A stretch of 13,466 bases of DNA from a virus, in UHGV virus genome UHGV-0850785. The stretch is one strand, 5' to 3'. Positions 1 through 7,178 of the stretch are shown here, piece after piece. The notes beneath the pieces were generated by a model that was given only the letters and a program-made list of their open reading frames with translations, had not been told where the DNA came from and did no database searches. The first letter of the stretch is position 1, and the number at the start of each line of letters is the position of its first letter. The position numbers and the translations under genes were made by a program.

Positions 1-36
1 AAAATCCCCTTAGTTTTTAAGTGGGTTTTTGTATGA
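1..36 (+). CDS. 3' end (last 11 codons) of an upstream gene cut by the window edge; function unknown, by Mu gene order possibly the DNA-circulation/tail protein
   Basis: Frame 1 is open from position 1 to TGA at 34-36; this stop overlaps ATG 33-35 of the next gene (ATGA), the same coupling pattern seen elsewhere in this operon. Far too short to identify. Confidence 0.25.
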   Translation, partial: KIPLVFKWVFV

Positions 37-929
37 ATAGGAAAAAACTAAGGGTAACGATCACCCTGAACGGAAAAAACCAAAACGGTGAGCAAAAAGT
101 ATTCGAGAGCGAATACAATCAACTGTCATCGTCAGGGCTTCGGGTTTCTTGTACCATTGTTTCGGGCAATGGAAGTTTATCGCCTACTGCTAAAATTCAG
201 GTCTATGGATTGTCGCTAACTAAAATGCTTGCGCTTTTCCGTGTGCAGTGGAATACGCTAGATGCAATGCTAAATGAAGTTGCAATCGAAGCGGGCGAAG
301 AAGGCAAGCCGTTTGAGTTGATTTATAAGGGCAATATCACAACCGCAACAATTAATATGGAGTCCGCACCCGACCCATTTTTAGACATTGATAGCGTTGT
401 CGGATTGGTTGAGCAAATGAAGCCTGCTGAGCCTTTAGCTGTCATTAACGATGTTGACGTTGCGGAAGTGGTTAGAATTATCACTGTGGACAGGATGGGC
501 TATGAGTTCGAGAACAATGGCGTATCTCAAATTATCCCTGATGGTTTCATGTCTGAGGGTGCGAACCTAGAAACAATCCGACAGTTAGCGCATGATTATG
601 ATTTCGATTTATATATTGAGCATAAATTGATTGCCATCGCCCCACGAAACACTAAGCGCGAAATCACCATCCCTCAGATAACACCAAAAGGAGGTCTTGA
701 GGGCTACCCTACCCCCGATATTAAGGGTATATCGTTTAAATGCTTTTATACTCCCCTAGTTCGCTTCGGTGGAAACTTGGAAGTAAAAGATAGTATCATT
801 GAAGTCTGCAATGGTATATGGCGCGTCTACGGCTTGAAAACCATTCTTGAAAGTGGCGTTCCAAATGGGCGCTGGTCTATGGAAGTAAATGCAACTTGGG
901 CGAATAGTACCGATGCCGTTAGAAAATGA
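33..929 (+). CDS. probable baseplate hub protein (Mu gp44 / P2 gpD position)
   Basis: About 298 aa ORF immediately upstream of the gpV-W-J-I block. Function is inferred mainly from synteny, not a recognised motif. In-frame TAA at 18-20 bounds the ORF; the track start is GTG 21, but ATG 33 forms an ATGA overlap with the upstream frame, so I prefer 33. Confidence 0.55.
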   Translation: MNRKKLRVTITLNGKNQNGEQKVFESEYNQLSSSGLRVSCTIVSGNGSLSPTAKIQVYGLSLTKMLALFRVQWNTLDAMLNEVAIEAGEEGKPFELIYKGNITTATINMESAPDPFLDIDSVVGLVEQMKPAEPLAVINDVDVAEVVRIITVDRMGYEFENNGVSQIIPDGFMSEGANLETIRQLAHDYDFDLYIEHKLIAIAPRNTKREITIPQITPKGGLEGYPTPDIKGISFKCFYTPLVRFGGNLEVKDSIIEVCNGIWRVYGLKTILESGVPNGRWSMEVNATWANSTDAVRK

Positions 930-1554
930 TCAACAGACAACGAATTATAGAGCATCCCAGAGCGTTGGCGGTGCTGCTGAATTTGAAGCCATTGTGCGCT
1001 CACTGATGGGTAAGAATCACACCTTAATGTTGGGTGAGGTGATGGCTATCACTCAAGAAGCAAGCAGCACTGATGCGGTGGGCTATCTTTCCGTCCGTCC
1101 AATGGTTTTCATGATTGATGGTTCAAACAATAACTATGAACGTGCCACGATTACTAACGTGCCTTTCTTTCGATTGCAGGCGGGCGGTAATGCAGTCATT
1201 CTAAATCCAAAAGTGGGCGATATTGGTTTGATTGCTTATTGTGAACGTGACATTTCGATGGTGAAGCGCAGCAAGCAGCAAGCAGCGCCAAACTCTCGCA
1301 GGCAGTTTAATATCAATGATGCGGTGTACTTGGGCGGTATGCTGAACGGTGCGCCTACTCAATACATTCAGTTTCTTGACAGTGGCATGAACATTAAGAC
1401 GACTGGCGATGTAAACATTAACGGCTTAACGATTGCACCGAGTGGCATTTTAACGCTTGCAAATGGCGTTGTAGTCGATACGCATATTCACGACCAAGCA
1501 AACGACAGTGACGGAAACACAGAGCAACCAGTGGGGACACCAAGAAATGGCTAA
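889..1554 (+). CDS. baseplate assembly protein V / central spike (Mu gp45, P2 gpV family)
   Basis: 221 aa with an OB-fold-like motif (PKVGDIGLIAY) and a C-terminal His-x-His (THIH, 1483-1491) typical of spike apex metal sites. Sits between hub and W/J genes. Start is ambiguous: ATG 889 has a GGAAG only 3 nt upstream, and ATG 913 is an alternative. The gene overlaps the upstream stop by 41 or 17 nt. Confidence 0.7.
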   Translation: MQLGRIVPMPLENDQQTTNYRASQSVGGAAEFEAIVRSLMGKNHTLMLGEVMAITQEASSTDAVGYLSVRPMVFMIDGSNNNYERATITNVPFFRLQAGGNAVILNPKVGDIGLIAYCERDISMVKRSKQQAAPNSRRQFNINDAVYLGGMLNGAPTQYIQFLDSGMNIKTTGDVNINGLTIAPSGILTLANGVVVDTHIHDQANDSDGNTEQPVGTPRNG

Positions 1555-1903
1555 CACTCTTTTTTTACTTCCCGATACTTGGGACTTAACATTAGATTCA
1601 AGCGGAAATATTGCTATCGCTAGTGATGTTTATCAGCAAGCACAAGACATTGCTTCTGCTTGCCGTGTGTTTCGAGGTGACATGTATTTCGATAGTGCGG
1701 AAGGTATCCCCTACTCCGAGTCGATTCTAGGCAAATCGTCTTATCCACTCGGTCTATATCAGGCAGAATTACGCAAAGCAGCCCTATCGGTTGATGGCGT
1801 GGTTAGTGCTAATATAACATTCAATAAAATTGAAAATCGGGTGCTAAGCGGCATGATTAAATTTACAAATGATCAAGATCAGACAGGAGTTGTGAGCTTA
1901 TGA
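1547..1903 (+). CDS. small baseplate protein (gpW/gp25-like or Mu gp46-like)
   Basis: About 118 aa ORF between V and J. ATG 1547 overlaps the V stop (TAA 1552-1554) and the stop overlaps the J start (ATGA at 1900-1903). The track's GTG 1508 is a possible alternative start. Family assignment is by size and position only. Confidence 0.55.
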   Translation: MANTLFLLPDTWDLTLDSSGNIAIASDVYQQAQDIASACRVFRGDMYFDSAEGIPYSESILGKSSYPLGLYQAELRKAALSVDGVVSANITFNKIENRVLSGMIKFTNDQDQTGVVSL

Positions 1904-3090
1904 TTCCTGATATTGAAATCACAGAAAATGGGATTATTGCACCCACAACAGATGAAGTTCTCGCAGGGGTTTGGGAGGTTTTAAAGACCGCATTCGGTTC
2001 AAGTTTAAATACTGCAATGAATACCCCGCAAGGGCAGTTAGCAACATCAATTACAGCGATTATTCAGAATGAGCGAAACAATTGGATTCAATTAATGAAT
2101 CAGATTGACCCGCAGTATTCTACAGGAATTTGGCAAGATGCCATCGGTGAGCTGTACTTTATCACTCGCCAATCTCAAACGTATTCAATTGCTCAAATTC
2201 GATTGTACGGCTTGAATGGCACGGTAGTTCCGTCAGGCTATAAAATCAGTGACACGGCAGGGAATATTTGGGAAACGACAACACGGTTAATTATTGACAC
2301 GACTGGTTATATTGATGGTTATGTTCAGTGTACCGTTGCAGGGGCAATCAATGCAGCCATTGGCACAATTACAAGCATCATTGTGGCGCTCTCAGGTTTA
2401 GACCGTGCAACAAATACAAGCGCAGCCGTTGCAGGTGTCAATGCTGAAAGCACGGATAACTTCGAGCAGCGCAGACAAGAGTCGGTAGCAGTAAATGCAA
2501 AACTAACCGATGCTGCGGTACGTGGCGCTGTGGCAAATTTATCAAACGTGGTCGATGTTTGGGTGAAATCAAATCCAACCGATGCTACTGTCAATTTTGG
2601 CGTGACTAATTACCCAGTGACACGGAATACTTTGCTTTGTTCTGTCGTTGGCGGTGATGATGAAGATATTGCGTGGCAGATTTTAGTAAAAGCGGGAACT
2701 GGTTGCTCGTTCGCAGGGAATACGGAAGTCACTGTTTATGACAATGACACCTACACAGTAGACCCGCCTGATTATAAAGTGAAGTTTTTGCGTCCGACAT
2801 TAAAAACGGTTAAGTTTAAAATCACGCTTGAAAATAAAAACGAAATGTCACTGCAAGATGAAAAGGCAATGAAAACCGCCATTCTTAGTGCGCTAGAAAC
2901 AGGAAAAACGCGCGCTCGCATCGGTCAAAAGCTTAGGGCTTCGGCTTATGTTTACCCAGTTAGCAGTGCATCGGATTTAAGCTTGATTAGTGTTGAGGTA
3001 AGCTTCGATGGCACAACGTGGGCTAATTATTTAGAGTTGGGCGTTGATGAATACCCAGTAACTACTGAATTCGATATTGAGGTCGCATAA
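1900..3090 (+). CDS. baseplate J-like protein (Mu gp47 / P2 gpJ family)
   Basis: 396 aa, the size and operon position of baseplate wedge J proteins. ATGA overlap with the upstream gene and TAATG overlap with the downstream gene. Confidence 0.75.
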   Translation: MIPDIEITENGIIAPTTDEVLAGVWEVLKTAFGSSLNTAMNTPQGQLATSITAIIQNERNNWIQLMNQIDPQYSTGIWQDAIGELYFITRQSQTYSIAQIRLYGLNGTVVPSGYKISDTAGNIWETTTRLIIDTTGYIDGYVQCTVAGAINAAIGTITSIIVALSGLDRATNTSAAVAGVNAESTDNFEQRRQESVAVNAKLTDAAVRGAVANLSNVVDVWVKSNPTDATVNFGVTNYPVTRNTLLCSVVGGDDEDIAWQILVKAGTGCSFAGNTEVTVYDNDTYTVDPPDYKVKFLRPTLKTVKFKITLENKNEMSLQDEKAMKTAILSALETGKTRARIGQKLRASAYVYPVSSASDLSLISVEVSFDGTTWANYLELGVDEYPVTTEFDIEVA

Positions 3091-3728
3091 TGTTTGAAGT
3101 TAAAGATACGTTGATGTCGCAGTATGCAAATAGCCCTGCAATTGTCGGGATTATTGATGGAATAGCCGATGCACTAGACCCTAATGCCACCGTGGATGAA
3201 TTTTATTCATTGCTATGGAATCTAAGCACCGCAAAGACATGGGGCTTAGATATTTGGGGACGCATTGTTGGCATGAGTCGAAACGTGCAAATGAGCGACC
3301 CCGATGCCGTAACATTCGGTTTTAAAACTAACCCTGTGTCGCAAAACTTCACACCCTTTAATGTCGCACCGTTCAGCGCAAGCGGTGCAAAATTCAACAG
3401 TTATCGACTGCCTGATAACCTCTATAAAGAGCTAATCATTATCAAGGCAGCTTCAAATATTCTCTATGCAACTGCGCCCAATATTAATAAGTATCTTCAA
3501 ATGATTTTCAGTGAAAAGGCTTACTACTACATCACGGGTCACATGACAGCAGCTTATATATTTGAATTTGAATTAACCGCATTTCAGCGTTTAATTGTCT
3601 ATACTTTGAAGTTATTACCTGAGCCGTGCGGTGTGTTAATCTCTTATGAAGAAAGAGCAGTTTCGGAGATATTTGGATTCGATGGCACAGAATATGAAAC
3701 ATTTGATAACGGAGTATTTGTTCGATGA
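3090..3728 (+). CDS. tail protein I-like baseplate protein (Mu gp48 / P2 gpI position)
   Basis: 212 aa ORF directly after J and before the fiber. Coupled by TAATG (3088-3092) and ATGA (3725-3728) overlaps. Confidence 0.6.
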   Translation: MFEVKDTLMSQYANSPAIVGIIDGIADALDPNATVDEFYSLLWNLSTAKTWGLDIWGRIVGMSRNVQMSDPDAVTFGFKTNPVSQNFTPFNVAPFSASGAKFNSYRLPDNLYKELIIIKAASNILYATAPNINKYLQMIFSEKAYYYITGHMTAAYIFEFELTAFQRLIVYTLKLLPEPCGVLISYEERAVSEIFGFDGTEYETFDNGVFVR

Positions 3729-4441
3729 GCAATCCTGATGTTATGTGGGCAAAAGCATTTGCGTGGAATGCTACAAACAGAAATACGATTCAAGATGAGC
3801 GGCAATCGTCACAAGATGCACAAGATGCCACGCTCAATGAAGGCTTTCCGCTTATCACAATGACCGCCAAAAATGCAGGAGGTATCGCTCCGAACGGTCA
3901 AGATATGAACGGTGCGCTTTATGCGATTAGTTCAGACATGGTTCATCGCCAAAAAGGTCTACGAATCCAATTTGATTCTGCCTATGCGACAAAAATCGGA
4001 GGTTATGATCAAGGCTGTATTCTTGCGTCTAACGACTACACACGTGATTACATTAGCCTTATCCCGAACAATTTAACCGATCCAAACGGTAGCGGGACTG
4101 CGGGACGTTGGGCTATATATTCAGGCGCTGGCTCTATTGCTTCTGCAACTGCGAGCATTGCGGGCATTGTTAAGATTGTTGATAGTTTGTCGAGTACCGC
4201 AACGGATGCAGCATTAACTGCTAATCAAGGTAGAATTCTGAGTGGTCTCACACAGCCAGCTACCACTACAAATGTTGGTATTACTCGATTTGCAACTGCG
4301 ACAGAGGTGGCGAATAAGTCAACTACACAAGCAGCAATTACAGCAGCAAACGCCGCAACAGTAGCGCAAAGCACAGACCTTGGTAAACAGTTCCGCCGCA
4401 TTTTTAACCACTTCCTGATTGCTGGATCGGGATACTGCTGA
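3725..4441 (+). CDS. tail fiber protein, N-terminal (baseplate-attachment) region only; 3' end runs into the junction
   Basis: Follows the gpI-like gene, as the fiber does in Mu/P2. Contains the conserved fiber N-terminal motif pattern (GIVKIVDSLSSTATDAALTANQG ... GITRFATATEVANKSTTQAAIT). At 238 aa it is far shorter than typical fibers. The last ~20 codons (after ~4380) read as antisense of the convergent gene, and no fiber chaperone gene follows. Confidence 0.65.
   Translation: MSNPDVMWAKAFAWNATNRNTIQDERQSSQDAQDATLNEGFPLITMTAKNAGGIAPNGQDMNGALYAISSDMVHRQKGLRIQFDSAYATKIGGYDQGCILASNDYTRDYISLIPNNLTDPNGSGTAGRWAIYSGAGSIASATASIAGIVKIVDSLSSTATDAALTANQGRILSGLTQPATTTNVGITRFATATEVANKSTTQAAITAANAATVAQSTDLGKQFRRIFNHFLIAGSGYC
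4319..4441. other. breakpoint zone between the myovirus baseplate module and the podovirus structural module (best estimate ~4380)
   Basis: Convergent ORFs 3725..4441 (+) and 4319..6139 (-) overlap by 123 nt. Each ORF's terminal ~20 codons are the antisense reading of the other's protein-like sequence. Composition and strand polarity switch here. Confidence 0.5.
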
Positions 4442-6139
4442 AAGCTGCGTGATGACCTGCGAAGGCATTATGCCAGTCTGAGCCACAAGCCGAACAACCC
4501 CATCATGAGTGGAGGCATCATTAATACGAAAGTTCTGCGCCATTTCTGTGTAATCAGCAGCTTTCTGCATTGACTTGTTGCTTGGGTCTAATTTTTCACC
4601 TATTGTCAGCGCCTCATTGAATCTGCGTGAATCCCGTTGCGCCTGAATTGCTTCATTTGATCTCTGAAGCAATGCAGACAATTTTCCGTAAGCATCGAGT
4701 TTTAACGCATAGTGAGGATCGTTAACCTCAGGCTTCACTTTCTGCATTTCTTCTTGCTGCTGAGAAGGAGGCAAATACTGAATTGCCTGGAATATTCTCG
4801 CGTTATCAATCGCTATATCCAGTTGATTGATTATTTTATCTGCGTTTTTTCCATACCCCCTGATGATGGTCTCCTGAGCCGGTATATAATCTGGAACCTC
4901 ACCGTTATATAGCTGGGCCATGGTGTTATTAATAGCTGGCTCAAGCTGTTCTAATATTAACTTCCTTTGCTTTTCTATCTGACTATTAGCAAGGTTATCT
5001 ATTTGATAAATAGTCAGCGGATCCATTCCAGTTTTATTTTTTCTATATCGGGAAAGCCACCCTTGTGTTTCTGATGGAAGATTTCGGATAAATTCTTCTT
5101 CTGATATTTCACCTTTACGTGGATCACCGACTTTGGCGATCAGTTTATCCACGTTACCCATCCCCCAGTTATATGCTGCTCCGGTCAATATTTCGGAACC
5201 GTACTTACCATACAGTTGATTTACATAGTCACTGGCGAGCATTTCATGCTGTTGTTCGTCCGTAGGGTTGTATTCAACGCCACGCTTGGCCGCCAGTTCT
5301 TTTCCTGTGCCCGGCATTAACTGGTATTTCCCCTGGGCTCTCTCTCCAGAAGATGTTATCGGTCCCTCAAGAAGACTACCATCAGGATTAAAATGTCGAT
5401 CACCTGATTCAACAAGGCGTATGGCAAGCATGTCCATGCCTCCAGAATCATTTTTCTGAAACAGACCATTTAGCCATCCTTCTGGATTGGCAGCGGCATA
5501 ATTCTTCGCCCGCATTTCTGTGGCACTGCGATCATCACTTTCTATTTCTTCCAGAATGCGTTCTTGTGACCATCCCCTGGCAGCTCCATATCTGGCAATG
5601 GCTACCATTCTGGAATTTCTGGCTAAAGTGGCAGTTTGCGGGTCATTCCAGGCATCCGCTTCATTTTGTATCCATAATTTTCTCGTTGCCTGATATTGCT
5701 CATCTTCATAGGCATTTGTCTGCCCTATCTCATGTCTGAGAACTCCAGTACTGAACTGAATTTTCTGTGTTCTGGCTTGTTGCAAAAACATATTTCTTGC
5801 TGCTTCATCAGTCAATGAAGCAGCTATTTCTTCCACATCCTGATCAAATCCAGATATGTACTCTTGCCCCTTACCAATCGCATTTTTGCCTTGTTGTGCA
5901 TAAAAACCGGTTTGAGGGTTATAAAGACGTTCATTGCTGCGCTGATTAAGCTGAAGGATGGCATCCTGAGACAATGCAACATTCGCTTTCTGCCTGGCTT
6001 CACCATATGCCACCGCATACTGATCTGCGACATTCGCCAGCACCTGACCTGCTTGAGGAACATCGAAGGTCTGAAAACCACCGGTTTGCACACCACGACT
6101 TTGCACCTGGCGTCCGGATGTAGTAGGAACAACAGGCAT
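4319..6139 (-). CDS. internal virion protein with lytic transglycosylase (SLT) domain (T7 gp16-type ejection protein); C-terminal ~19 residues probably not native
   Basis: 606 aa. Residues ~240-330 carry the classic SLT signature (LVESGDRHFNP ... GKYQLMPGTG ... AAYNWGMGNV), with the putative catalytic Glu at residue 244 (coords ~5408-5410). Strong RBS GGAGG 6 nt upstream (6146-6150); ATG overlaps the stop of the upstream gene (ATGA). The terminal Cys-rich tail (VCALRYCCGVCCCNCCLCS, 4319-4378) is the antisense of GCA/GCT-rich fiber codons. Confidence 0.8.
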   Translation of the reverse strand: MPVVPTTSGRQVQSRGVQTGGFQTFDVPQAGQVLANVADQYAVAYGEARQKANVALSQDAILQLNQRSNERLYNPQTGFYAQQGKNAIGKGQEYISGFDQDVEEIAASLTDEAARNMFLQQARTQKIQFSTGVLRHEIGQTNAYEDEQYQATRKLWIQNEADAWNDPQTATLARNSRMVAIARYGAARGWSQERILEEIESDDRSATEMRAKNYAAANPEGWLNGLFQKNDSGGMDMLAIRLVESGDRHFNPDGSLLEGPITSSGERAQGKYQLMPGTGKELAAKRGVEYNPTDEQQHEMLASDYVNQLYGKYGSEILTGAAYNWGMGNVDKLIAKVGDPRKGEISEEEFIRNLPSETQGWLSRYRKNKTGMDPLTIYQIDNLANSQIEKQRKLILEQLEPAINNTMAQLYNGEVPDYIPAQETIIRGYGKNADKIINQLDIAIDNARIFQAIQYLPPSQQQEEMQKVKPEVNDPHYALKLDAYGKLSALLQRSNEAIQAQRDSRRFNEALTIGEKLDPSNKSMQKAADYTEMAQNFRINDASTHDGVVRLVAQTGIMPSQVITQLSAVSRSSNQEVVKNAAELFTKVCALRYCCGVCCCNCCLCS

Positions 6140-6714
6140 CAGTAACCTCCTATTTTGAATCGGGAGTCAGAATTCATAAAACCTGAGTTAGATAACATTG
6201 GCGTCCCACCACTAGATGTACTTCCTTTAGAGAACGGACTCCACGTCCCACCAAACATCTGGTACGCACCGTATGCCTTCAGAGGCGCAGTGAGCAATGT
6301 TGTTGCTGCTCCCACATTCCCCTGTTTACGGGCTGAACTGGCTTCTGCTTTATAGTTGGCAGCCTGAACCTGATAACCGTAAGCCTCGCGTTGCGCGTTA
6401 TTCACCGTCGTCAGCGAATCAAGAGCGCCAAACTGGGCAGTGTCGCCAAATATATCCAGCGCGTTACCTGTAGATAAATCAGCGCCGGTAGCCCCCATTG
6501 TCGCCGCCTGTGTACCAAGCCGCTGTCGGGTCTCTCTGCGCCGTTGCTCAGCTTCAGCGTTACCTCTGTTTATTGCATCATTTGCCTGAGCTGTGGCTAT
6601 ATCTGCGTTCGCTTCTGCAACCTTCGAGGCATACTTTCCCTGTTGGTACTGGGTGTATGCCTGAATGCCACTCATGGCGAGCATTGCGCCACCAGCAATA
6701 ACCGGATCGCACAT
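6139..6714 (-). CDS. putative internal virion protein (T7 gp14 position); Gly/Ala/Gln/Thr-rich
   Basis: 191 aa with a hydrophobic N-terminal segment (PVIAGGAMLAMSGIQAY) followed by a low-complexity region. GGAGA RBS 7 nt upstream; TAATG overlap with the upstream gene and ATGA overlap with the SLT gene. Function is from position only. Confidence 0.55.
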   Translation of the reverse strand: MCDPVIAGGAMLAMSGIQAYTQYQQGKYASKVAEANADIATAQANDAINRGNAEAEQRRRETRQRLGTQAATMGATGADLSTGNALDIFGDTAQFGALDSLTTVNNAQREAYGYQVQAANYKAEASSARKQGNVGAATTLLTAPLKAYGAYQMFGGTWSPFSKGSTSSGGTPMLSNSGFMNSDSRFKIGGY

Positions 6715-7178
6715 TATTTTCTCTCCATGTGAAATCTGTGGAAATTAAGACCAAGAGCACCATAAGGCGCGGCTTCTTCAAGCCTGAATCCAAGCCAGTG
6801 CAGCCATGCTTTGGCAACATGGTTTCGCTCGTCGACGTAGTTTTCCAGGCGCGGATAAACTGCCAGCATCTGCTGCAATACCGGGCGGCAGTGGCGCAGA
6901 AATGTCTTCTGATATTTTTCAATACGGCTGGTCCCGACCAGCCAGGGCGTACCATTGCCACCGATCATTGACGCCGGAGATACACCAAACATGGTTACCA
7001 GTTCTCTGTTCGCGAACCCTGACCAGGCCATAGTCGCAGTGCGCAGACCAACACGCAGCGCATCTTCGGTAGTCATCAGCGATACCGCATACAGTTCGTC
7101 AATATCAGCCTGACGAACATCCGGCAAAATCATCTGAAGATGCTCTTCGGTTGCGGGAATAATTTGAACATCGATCAT
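6714..7178 (-). CDS. hypothetical virion protein (T7 gp13 position)
   Basis: 154 aa ORF. ATGA overlap with the tail tubular B stop (7176-7180); GGGGGA 5 nt upstream. No motif I can name with confidence. Confidence 0.5.
   Translation of the reverse strand: MIDVQIIPATEEHLQMILPDVRQADIDELYAVSLMTTEDALRVGLRTATMAWSGFANRELVTMFGVSPASMIGGNGTPWLVGTSRIEKYQKTFLRHCRPVLQQMLAVYPRLENYVDERNHVAKAWLHWLGFRLEEAAPYGALGLNFHRFHMERK

Noticed and set aside
2325-2594. 89-aa minus-strand ORF inside the baseplate J gene
   Set aside because: Fully embedded antisense in a strongly supported gene; Ala/Thr-rich mirror composition; no RBS.
4319-4378. Cys-rich C-terminal tail (CCGVCCCNCCLCS) on the 606-aa protein, which could look like a metal-binding or lipidation motif
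   Set aside because: It is the reverse complement of GCA/GCT/CAG-rich codons encoding the Ala/Gln-rich tail-fiber segment on the + strand. It is an antisense read-through across the breakpoint, not a native domain.
4500-5150. AT-rich stretch (lines of ~32-45% GC) inside the 3' third of the SLT gene, as a possible second junction
   Set aside because: The reading frame is continuous and protein-like throughout. The composition is explained by the Lys/Asn/Ile/Gln-rich helical C-terminal region. Natural mosaicism is possible but not demonstrable here.
5824-6355. Short ORFs on both strands around the SLT gene start (60-102 aa)
   Set aside because: They overlap the N-terminal coding region of the SLT protein and the 191-aa gene in other frames; there is no intergenic space to host them.
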